Below the pieces are notes generated by a model, which had not been told where the DNA came from, made no database searches, and worked only from the letters and a program-made list of their open reading frames with translations. Shown one piece after another: positions 55,022 through 64,000 of a stretch of DNA of 64,000 nt (positions are counted from its first letter, which is position 1; every line of letters begins with the position of its first letter). Position numbers and translations under genes: made by a program. The DNA comes from Solirubrobacteraceae bacterium (lineage in GTDB: Bacteria > Actinomycetota > Thermoleophilia > Solirubrobacterales > Solirubrobacteraceae), in contig DASXIB010000042.1 of NCBI GenBank assembly GCA_036498245.1, positions 13,709-77,708 of the forward strand, given 5' to 3'.

Positions 55022-55978
55022 ATGAAGCGCATGAGCAGCATGGGACTGACCCTGACGACCGTGCTCGTGAGTATGCTAGCGAGCAGCGCCCTGTCGGTGA
55101 CGCCGGCATCGGCGGCGTGTCGCCACGTGATCCCGAAAGAAGTCAGCTCGTGGGAAAAAGGCCTAATTTTCAACTGTGGCACCGAAGTGCTGGGAGAAAG
55201 CGGTTACACGAAAATCAGAGGAGCCGGCTTCTTAGTCGCTGCCGGTGTGGTGTGTTTCAAAGTTCAAAATGCGACTGAATTAAGTGGCTGGGAAGACTCT
55301 AAATGCGCGAACCCGAAAAAAGACAAAGGTAAATACATCCTGGTCAAAACATTGTGGGGAACGAAAGAACACCTGGAAGAACAGGAAATCTTACCCAATC
55401 CCACGGAAAAAGAACCTCTGACCTTTACGTCTGAAGGAAAAGTATCGAAACTGGTATCGAAATCGGGCACAATCGAATGCGAAAACCTGACGAACGAAGG
55501 AAGCTTCACCTCGGCTAGGACTGGGACGGTGACGATCGACTTAACCGGCTGTAAATCGAAAGAAGTCAAATGCAATACCGAAGGCGATGCTGCCGGGGTG
55601 ATATTAGCGAAATACAACAGTCATCTGGTCGCCGTCGCGTCAGGCGAAGAATTAAACCTCGCGGTGGCGCTGACGCTTGAAAAAACCCTGATAATCAAAT
55701 GCGGTGTGCTCAAAATTGAAGTGAAAGGCACGGTGATCGGGCAGATCGACGGGTCCGCCTCGGAAGCAAAAACCAAAAACAACGAACTGTTACTCCATGA
55801 ATCAGGCGGTAAACAGGCTATAAAGACGTGTGCTATCGACGAAGAATTCTGCGAGGAAGAAACCGGCACGGCGATAACCTACGAACTGTTAGCTAATTTC
55901 GGAAAAGAATTCAACGAAGGCGTCCTGAGCGCGGAAGACAAACTCTCGCTCGCGAAAGAAATATCGTTCGACTTCTAG
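55022..55978 (+). CDS. A-rich secreted Lys/Glu/Cys-rich protein of unknown function
   Basis: Signal peptide ending ASA, 10 Cys, heavy AAA/GAA codon use; the sampled line 55321-55380 is 25/60 GC. Confidence 0.85.
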   Translation: MKRMSSMGLTLTTVLVSMLASSALSVTPASAACRHVIPKEVSSWEKGLIFNCGTEVLGESGYTKIRGAGFLVAAGVVCFKVQNATELSGWEDSKCANPKKDKGKYILVKTLWGTKEHLEEQEILPNPTEKEPLTFTSEGKVSKLVSKSGTIECENLTNEGSFTSARTGTVTIDLTGCKSKEVKCNTEGDAAGVILAKYNSHLVAVASGEELNLAVALTLEKTLIIKCGVLKIEVKGTVIGQIDGSASEAKTKNNELLLHESGGKQAIKTCAIDEEFCEEETGTAITYELLANFGKEFNEGVLSAEDKLSLAKEISFDF

Positions 55979-56088
55979 CCGGCGAGAGCCGCCATCCGCG
56001 ACCCGCGTGTCGTCGACTGGCGCGTCGAAAGCCGACATGAGGCATGCGCGGGGCCCGTTCTGGGTCCCGCGCACTATCTTTGGGCGAG

Positions 56089-56580
56089 ATGACCGACGGG
56101 CGACGCCGCGACGACGCAGGCCCCACCGCGACACCGGCACGAGAATCAGCGTCGGCCGACAGCGCGCGCGGCTTGCGCGAGGAGCGGGCGCGTCAGGCCC
56201 TCGAACCGCTGGGTCCCGACGAGCGCCCGCCGGCACTCATCGCCGCGATCGCCGTGTGCGCGCTGCTGGCGCTGGGCGTGGTGGTGGGCGCAGCGAGCGT
56301 CCACGACCTCGCCCGCCACGGAGGCTCGCTCCCCGGCGCGGTCCTCCTCGCGCTCGTGCTCGGGCTGCTCGCACAGGGGATGTACAGACAGCGCCACTGG
56401 GCGGTGCTCGGGTTCGAGGGGCTACTGGCCTTCCAGATCCTCGTTACGTCGCTCGCGCTCGTGGTCGCCTCGACGATCGTCGCGGCGGCGCTGTGCCTGT
56501 TCGTCATCGTGCTCGCCGGGTGGCTGTTCTGGAAGCTTGTGCGCGTGATGGGACGGATCCAGGCCCCAGATCACCGATAG
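56089..56580 (+). CDS. Membrane protein with 4 TM segments
   Basis: ARQALEPLGPDERP followed by hydrophobic helices; TATCTT before the ATG. Confidence 0.8.
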   Translation: MTDGRRRDDAGPTATPARESASADSARGLREERARQALEPLGPDERPPALIAAIAVCALLALGVVVGAASVHDLARHGGSLPGAVLLALVLGLLAQGMYRQRHWAVLGFEGLLAFQILVTSLALVVASTIVAAALCLFVIVLAGWLFWKLVRVMGRIQAPDHR

Positions 56581-56656
56581 CCTGCGACGGCGCCGGTGAA
56601 GGCTCGGCGATAAGCGGTCATGAAGGCCGGGTGAGCTTCGATAGGCTCCGGGCCAG

Positions 56657-58030
56657 ATGGCTGAGAACTCGTACGACTGCATTGTGATCGGCTCCGGGCC
56701 GGGCGGATATGTGGCCGCGATTCGCGCCGCTCAGCTCGGCAAGAAGACGGCGGTGGTGGAGCGCGACAAGGTCGGCGGCCGGTGCTTGAACTACGCGTGC
56801 ATTCCCGCCAAGGCGGTCCTGCGCTCCGCGGATCTGCTCTCGGAGATCCGCGACGCCGAGGAGTACGGCCTGAAGGTGAGCGAGGTCGAGGTGGACTTCG
56901 TGGCCGTGCAGGCTCGTCGCGCGAAGGTCGTCTCCACGCTTACCTCAGGGGTCGGCGGCCTGTTCAAGAAAGGCGCGATCGACCTGATCGAGGGGGACGG
57001 CACGCTCACCGCGGAGGGTGAGGTTCGTGTGGGTGAGAAGATGTATGCCGCCGAGACGATCGTCCTGGCAACCGGCTCAGTCGCGCGGACGATTCCCGGC
57101 GTGGAGTTCGGCGGTCGCGTGATCGGCACCGAGCAGGCATGGGCGCTCGAGGAGCTTCCACCTCGATTGGCGGTCGTCGGCGCGGGCGCATCGGGCGCGG
57201 AGATCGCCTCGGGCTACGCGCGACTGGGCAGCGAGGTGCTGCTGCTGGAGGCGCTCGACCGCGTGCTGCCGACCGAGGACGCCGACATCTCGCGATTGGT
57301 AGAACGGGGATTCAAACGGCAGGGCATCGAGGTGCGCACCAGCACTCCAGTCGCGAATGTGAAGAGCACCGATGGGGGCGTCGTGAGCTTCTCCCACGGA
57401 GAGGACGAGGGCGAGGTCGACTACCTCGTGATCGCCGCCGGACGCGGCGCGGACGTCGAAGGGCTCGGGCTGGACGAGGCCGGCGTCGAGCTCGGGGAGC
57501 GTGGCCTTGTGAAGGTGGACGCACGCATGCGCACCTCTCGCGCGGGCGTGTACGCGATCGGCGACCTGGTCTCCGGTCCGGCGCTCGCACACAAGGCCTC
57601 TGACGAGGGGATCATCGCGGTCGAGGACTCCGCCGGGATGACGACCCATCCGCTCGTACATATAGACATCCCGCGAGCGACGTTCTGTACGCCGAACGTC
57701 GGCTCGTTTGGCCTGACGGAGGCACAGGCGCGCGAGCAGGGCCACGACGTGGTCGTCGGCAAGGTTCCCTACGGCGCCGTCGGCGGCGGGACCGTGTACG
57801 GCGATCGCACGGGCCTGGTGAAGCTTGTCGGCGAGAGCAAGTACGGCGAGCTGCTCGGCGGTCACATCGTCGGCTCGCGCGCGACCGAGCTGATCCAGGA
57901 GCTCGTGAACGTGCACGCGCTGGAGGGCGGCTTCGCGGAGGTCGGGCGGATCGTCCACGGCCACCCGACGCTGTCGGAGGCCGTGATGGAAGCGGGACGC
58001 GCTACCGATGGCTGGCTGATCCACGGCTGA
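56657..58030 (+). CDS. lpdA: Dihydrolipoamide dehydrogenase
   Basis: GSGPGGY, GGRCLNYACIPAK, HPTLSE. Confidence 0.96.
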   Translation: MAENSYDCIVIGSGPGGYVAAIRAAQLGKKTAVVERDKVGGRCLNYACIPAKAVLRSADLLSEIRDAEEYGLKVSEVEVDFVAVQARRAKVVSTLTSGVGGLFKKGAIDLIEGDGTLTAEGEVRVGEKMYAAETIVLATGSVARTIPGVEFGGRVIGTEQAWALEELPPRLAVVGAGASGAEIASGYARLGSEVLLLEALDRVLPTEDADISRLVERGFKRQGIEVRTSTPVANVKSTDGGVVSFSHGEDEGEVDYLVIAAGRGADVEGLGLDEAGVELGERGLVKVDARMRTSRAGVYAIGDLVSGPALAHKASDEGIIAVEDSAGMTTHPLVHIDIPRATFCTPNVGSFGLTEAQAREQGHDVVVGKVPYGAVGGGTVYGDRTGLVKLVGESKYGELLGGHIVGSRATELIQELVNVHALEGGFAEVGRIVHGHPTLSEAVMEAGRATDGWLIHG

Positions 58031-58099
58031 GACGGCCCGTCCGCGAGGCCAGGCCATCACGGCTGAGACGGCCATCCGCGGCGCCAGACCATCCACGGC
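58019..58099 (+). repeat. Imperfect 35-37 bp tandem duplication of the lpdA 3' end
   Basis: ATCCACGGCTGAGACGGCC..., ATCACGGCTGAGACGGCC..., then partial ATCCACGGC. Confidence 0.75.
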
Positions 58100-58137
58100 C
58101 CGACCACCTCTTGCATGAGCGCCTAACCTCGGCGGGG

Positions 58138-58806
58138 ATGTCCTCACCGACGGCCAGCTTCTACTTCGACCTGGCCAGCCCGCTGGCTTACCTGGCGGCG
58201 GAGCGGGTGCTGCACACGCTGCCCGGACCGGCCGAGTGGCAGCCGGTGCTCGCGCGCGAGCTCGGCGCACCTGTTGTCCCGGAGCCGCGTGGGGTCGTGG
58301 CTGATGCTTCCCAAACGGACATCTTCGCGCGCGCGTACGCGCGCGCGCGCGGCAAGGCCGTTTTCGAGAGCACACATCACACTCGCGAGGAGATTGCACG
58401 GCGTGCTCGGGAGCAGGGACTGCAGTCCCTGCGGTGGCCCGATCCATTCCCGTTCGACAGCGCCCTGGCGATGCGAGTGGCCACATACGCGAAGTCGATC
58501 GGCCGTACCGTGCCCTTCGCGCAGGCGGCGTTCAGGCAGGCGTTCGCGGGAGGACACGACCTGGAGCGGATCGACTTCGTGCTGATTGCCGCGGCCGCCT
58601 GCGAGATGCACCCGCGGGCCGTGCGCCAGGGCGAGGCGCTGCGCTCGGTCCGCGAGGAGTTGAGCCGGGCAACCGCCGCGGCCGCGGCGGCCGGCGTGAG
58701 CGACGTGCCGGCCGTGCGCGTCGGGGAGGGCGTGTGGGTGGGCGAGCGCGCGGTGGAGGATGCCGCTGCGCACATGAGCGCAGCGATGACGGGCCCGAGC
58801 CGATGA
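58138..58806 (+). CDS. DsbA-fold HCCA isomerase/GST-kappa-like protein
   Basis: FYFDLASPLAYL, WQPVL, GV..VP. Confidence 0.8.
   Translation: MSSPTASFYFDLASPLAYLAAERVLHTLPGPAEWQPVLARELGAPVVPEPRGVVADASQTDIFARAYARARGKAVFESTHHTREEIARRAREQGLQSLRWPDPFPFDSALAMRVATYAKSIGRTVPFAQAAFRQAFAGGHDLERIDFVLIAAAACEMHPRAVRQGEALRSVREELSRATAAAAAAGVSDVPAVRVGEGVWVGERAVEDAAAHMSAAMTGPSR
58318..58366. repeat. Alternating-GC intragenic element, copy 3
   Basis: GACATCTTCGCGCGCGCGTACGCGCGCGCGCGCGGCAAGGCCGTTTTCG; 42/49 identical to 6474..6522. Confidence 0.75.
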
Positions 58807-59042
58807 GGGCCGATCGCGCGTACCGGCTGATCGTTACGCGCGGTGGGCGAGCACCGGCGCTGCTCGCCGACGCCGGACGGGTCGACCACATCGAGGTCGT
58901 GGAGGTTGACAGCGGTGAAGTGGTGCTGTTCTGGGACCGCCCGCCGCACGCCGCCTCGCGGCTGGCGCGCGCGCTGCGCTCGGAGCTACGGCAAATGGAG
59001 GCCCCGGAGTTCCTCGCGCGCTGGAGTACCGTGGAGGGTTGA
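58803..59042 (+). CDS. Small hypothetical protein (79 aa)
   Basis: Overlap-coupled to both neighbours; DHIEVVEVDSGEVVLFWD. Confidence 0.75.
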   Translation: MRADRAYRLIVTRGGRAPALLADAGRVDHIEVVEVDSGEVVLFWDRPPHAASRLARALRSELRQMEAPEFLARWSTVEG

Positions 59043-60187
59043 TGACGCCCACCCTGCCGGAGCCGGAGGTCGCTCGCGAGTGGCTTCAGCGGATGATGCT
59101 GATCCGCCGCTTCGAGGAACGGGCCGGGGAGATGTACGCGCGGGCGAAGGTAGGGGGCTTCCTGCACCTGTCGATCGGTGAGGAGGCAACGATCGTGGGC
59201 AGTGCGCGGGCGCTCAGAGACAGCGACTACCTGATCTCCACGTATCGCTCGCACGGGCATGCGCTCGTGCGCGGCACGCCGCCGGAGAACGTGATGGCCG
59301 AGCTGTTCGGCCGCGTCGACGGCTGCTGCCGGGGGCGTGGCGGGTCGATGCACATGTTCGATGCGAAGCGCCGCTTCATGGGCGGGTATGGAATCGTCGG
59401 CGGCAACCTGCCCATCGGCGCGGGAATCGCGCTGGCAAGCGATTACAGGGGCTCAGAGGAGGTCACGCTGTGCACGTTCGGCGACGGCGCGTCGAACCAG
59501 GGGACCTTCGGGGAGACGCTGAACCTGGCCGCCCTGTGGCAGCTACCGGTGGTGTTCATGGTCACGAACAACCAGTTCGGCATGGGCACCTCGCTACGCC
59601 GCCACTCGGCCGTGACCGACCTGCAACGCAAGGGCGAGAGCCTCGGCGTGCCGGGGATGCGGTGCGACGGGATGGACGTGCTCGACACGCACACCGTCGT
59701 CGGCGAGGCGGTCGAGCGCGTGCGCGAAGATCGCCGGCCCGTGCTAGTGGAGGCGATCACCTACCGCTTTCGCGGCCACTCGATGGCCGATCCGGAGCAG
59801 TACCGGACGAAGGAGGAGGTCGCGCAATGGCGCGCCCGCGATCCGATCCCGGCTTTCGGCGATCTGCTTTTGCAGGAGAGTGCGATCGAGGAGTCAGAGC
59901 GCGAGCGGATGGACAGGGAGGCGACCGAGCGGGTAGACGCGGCCGTGGCGTTCGCCGAAGCGTCGCCGTTCCCCGCGCCCGAGTCTTTGTACGACGACGT
60001 GTACGTGCTCGACCAGGGGTCACACGGCTGGTACTCCGTGCGGACCGCCCAAGACCCCACCAGCGACACGCGGGCCGCAGCCGAAGGCGGAGGCGATCAT
60101 CTTGGCAACGGCGCCGAGCCCTCGGCCAACGACGAGATTCCACAGCAGATCACGAGCGCGCTGCAGGCCGGCGAGGACGCGGGCTGA
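59039..60187 (+). CDS. pdhA: Pyruvate dehydrogenase E1 alpha
   Basis: GGFLHLSIGEEA, GRGGSMH, GDGA..NN, YRFRGHSMAD. Confidence 0.95.
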   Translation: MMTPTLPEPEVAREWLQRMMLIRRFEERAGEMYARAKVGGFLHLSIGEEATIVGSARALRDSDYLISTYRSHGHALVRGTPPENVMAELFGRVDGCCRGRGGSMHMFDAKRRFMGGYGIVGGNLPIGAGIALASDYRGSEEVTLCTFGDGASNQGTFGETLNLAALWQLPVVFMVTNNQFGMGTSLRRHSAVTDLQRKGESLGVPGMRCDGMDVLDTHTVVGEAVERVREDRRPVLVEAITYRFRGHSMADPEQYRTKEEVAQWRARDPIPAFGDLLLQESAIEESERERMDREATERVDAAVAFAEASPFPAPESLYDDVYVLDQGSHGWYSVRTAQDPTSDTRAAAEGGGDHLGNGAEPSANDEIPQQITSALQAGEDAG

Positions 60188-60227
60188 TGGTCGAGGAGAG
60201 CCCACTGATGCTCGAGGAGGCCCGCTG

Positions 60228-61231
60228 ATGGCGCAGATGCGCTACCGCGAGGCGCTCAACGCGGGCCTACGCGAGGAGATGACGCGCGACGAGAGCGTCG
60301 TGCTGATGGGCGAGGACATCGGCGTGTTCGGCGGCGCATTCAAGGTCACCGACGGCCTGCTCGAGGAGTTCGGCGAGCGACGCGTGCGCGACACCCCGAT
60401 CTCCGAGAACACGATCGTCGGCATCGGCGTGGGGGCGGCGATGACCGGGCTCAGGCCGGTGGTGGAGCTGATGACGATCAACTTCTCGCTGCTGGCGTTC
60501 GACCAGATCGTCAACCACGCAGCGCACATCCACTACATGTTCGGCGGACAGGTGCGCGTGCCGCTCGTCGTGCGCATGCCCCAGGGCGCGGGCCACCAGC
60601 TCGGGCCGACCCACTCGCACTGCCTGGAGGCGCTGTTCATGCACGTGCCGGGGCTGCTCGTCGCCGTGCCCGCGACGGCGGCCGACGCGAAGGGCCTCTT
60701 GAAGACGGCGATTCGCGACGAGAACCCGGTGATCTTCATCGAGCACGAGTCGCTGTATGGGGTGCGCGGGGAGGTGGCCGAGGACGACGATCTGCTGGTC
60801 GAGTTCGGTCGCGCGCGAACGGTCCGCGAAGGCGAGGACGTGACGATCGTCGGCGTCTCGCGGATGGCGCTGACCGCCGAGCGCGCGGCAGCGACGCTGT
60901 CCGGCGAGCACGGTGTGGAGGCGGAGGTGATCGACCCGCGCACGCTCCGTCCGCTCGATCTCGACACGGTGCTCGCGTCGGTGCGGCGGACGAACCGGTG
61001 CGTTGTCGTCGAGGAGGGCTGGCCCCACGGCGGCGTCGGCGCGAACCTCGCCGCGCTGATCTCAGAGCAGGCGTTCGATCACCTCGACGCGCCTGTGCGA
61101 CGAGTCACCGGCGCGGACGTGCCGACGCCGTATTCGAAGCCGCTCGAGGACCTCGCCTATCCGCACGAGCCGCAGGTCGTCGAGGCAGCGCTCGAGCTGC
61201 TCGGCCGCAAGCCCACCGGTACGAAAGTCGG

Positions 61232-61235
<4 letters not shown>
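60228..61235 (+). CDS. pdhB: Pyruvate dehydrogenase E1 beta
   Basis: GEDIG, DTPISE, FDQIVN, HSHCLE, EEGW. Confidence 0.95.
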
Positions 61236-62626
<1,391 letters not shown>

Positions 62627-62644
62627 GCCCAACGCTAACCTGAG

Positions 62645-63430
62645 ATGCAGCCAATGAAACGAGCCGATCTGTCTGCGCGAGAGCTGTGGGTGTGCCACCT
62701 CGGCACGATCCCCTACCGCGACGCGGTCTTGATGCAGGAGGGAATCCGCACACGGAGACAGGCTGGAGAGCTGCCCGACACGCTGCTGCTGCTCGAGCAT
62801 CCGCCGGTCTACACGCGCGGACGGCGCTCGGTGGACGGCGAGCTGCCGCTGGGCGAGGATTTCTACCGCGAGCGGGACATCGAGATCGTGCCCACCGACC
62901 GCGGCGGGCGGATCACCTATCACGGGCCGGGGCAGCTGGTGGGGTATCCGATCATGGCGATCGAGGCCGTCGACCGATATCTGCGCACTATGGAGGAAGC
63001 GATCGTGATGGCCCTCGCCGAGGAGGGAGTCGAGGCTCGCTCTCGGCCAGGAGAGGGACCCGACTACACCGGCGTTTGGGTCGAGGACCGAAAGATCGCC
63101 TCGATTGGCGTGCACGTGTCGCGCGGAGTGACGACCCACGGATTTGCGGTGAATGTCGACAACGACCTCGAGCCGTTCTCGTGGGTCGTCGCGTGCGGAC
63201 TGCCCGGCGTGAGCATGACCTCGCTCGCGCGGGAGCGCGAGCTGTCCGTCCAGCACGGTGAGATGGGCTCGCAGCGCACCAGCGGGCTGGCCTGTGTGCG
63301 CAAGCGAGTCGCCCACAGCTTCTGCCGCGTGCACGGACGTCGCCAGCGCCTGGTGTCGCCGGCATGGCTGAAAATCCAGGCGCCGATCGCACGGGCGGGG
63401 ATCGGCCCGAGGGAGACGATCGCTGCGTGA
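62645..63430 (+). CDS. lipB: Lipoyl(octanoyl) transferase
   Basis: LLEHPPVYTRG, RGGRITYHGPGQLVGY, KIASIG, HGFAVN, ACG. Confidence 0.95.
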   Translation: MQPMKRADLSARELWVCHLGTIPYRDAVLMQEGIRTRRQAGELPDTLLLLEHPPVYTRGRRSVDGELPLGEDFYRERDIEIVPTDRGGRITYHGPGQLVGYPIMAIEAVDRYLRTMEEAIVMALAEEGVEARSRPGEGPDYTGVWVEDRKIASIGVHVSRGVTTHGFAVNVDNDLEPFSWVVACGLPGVSMTSLARERELSVQHGEMGSQRTSGLACVRKRVAHSFCRVHGRRQRLVSPAWLKIQAPIARAGIGPRETIAA

Positions 63431-64000
63431 GCCTCCAACCCGTCCAGGAGGTGACCGACCAGGAGCGCAAGCACGTCACGCGCTCGCGGGCCAACCCCGG
63501 CGGGATGGACGTGCTGAGCGTGCTCGGGCCGAAGGTGCGCCCGCTGCGCGAGCGCAAGCCACCCTGGTTCAAGGTGCCTCCGCCGGGAGGCGAGCGCTAT
63601 CGCGAGCTGACAGAGCTGATTCGCGCGGAGAACCTGCACACGGTCTGCCAGGAGGCGGCCTGCCCGAACGTCGGCGAGTGCTGGGAGCGGGGAACGGCGA
63701 CGTTCATGATCCTCGGCGACACGTGCACGCGGCGATGTGGCTTCTGCAACGTGAAGACCGGCAAGCCGACGTGGAACGACCCGCTCGAGCCCGCTCGGGT
63801 GGCGCGGACGATCGCGCGCATGGGCCTGCGCCACGCGGTGATCACCTCGGTCGACCGCGACGACCTGGCGGACAAGGGGGCTTCGGCGTTCGTCGGGGTC
63901 ATCCGCCAGATTCGCCGCCAGGCGCCTGGCTGCCAGGTGGAGGTCCTGACGCCCGACTTCCAGGGCCAGGAGATGCCGCTTGCAAAGGTGATCGCCGAGC
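63427..64000 (+). CDS. lipA: Lipoyl synthase, runs off the window end
   Basis: GTGA overlap with lipB; KPPWFK, TVCQEAACPNVGECW, CTRRCGFC, VITSVDRDDL. Confidence 0.95.
   Translation, partial: MSLQPVQEVTDQERKHVTRSRANPGGMDVLSVLGPKVRPLRERKPPWFKVPPPGGERYRELTELIRAENLHTVCQEAACPNVGECWERGTATFMILGDTCTRRCGFCNVKTGKPTWNDPLEPARVARTIARMGLRHAVITSVDRDDLADKGASAFVGVIRQIRRQAPGCQVEVLTPDFQGQEMPLAKVIAE

Noticed and set aside
58019..58099. Possible mini-CRISPR
   Set aside because: The would-be spacers resemble each other, the units derive from the lpdA end, and there are no cas genes.

Overview
High-GC actinobacterial chromosome segment, most like Thermoleophilia/Solirubrobacterales (inferred from gene content and from the style of the secreted proteins). 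It is mainly core genome: three tRNAs (Asp, Val, Lys), an osmoprotectant ABC transporter, purD-E-B-C-S-Q-L-F/N-H, dnaK-grpE-dnaJ-hspR-clpB, an inositol-lipid cluster, rlmD-argF, thiO-S-G/thiE and lpdA-pdhABC-lipBA. Decayed accessory patches sit next to tRNA-Asp and tRNA-Lys, and there are several toxin-antitoxin modules and A-rich secreted-protein genes. Most notable unexplained structure: (1) a 30-49 bp alternating-(GC) palindromic element of fixed length inside three unrelated coding genes, in both orientations, within a general pattern of extra loop insertions in housekeeping enzymes; (2) a candidate operator-controlled structured sRNA at about 47866-48041; (3) a 47-aa membrane peptide gene with a perfect CRP box, at the position where purM usually lies; (4) widespread leaderless promoters, including a 26-bp bidirectional one; (5) a ClpB with no N-domain, a VapC that must start at CTG, and a half-glycosyltransferase-PHP fusion. 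No CRISPR array, rRNA or intact integrase/transposase was seen. All calls were made by eye, with no database searches.
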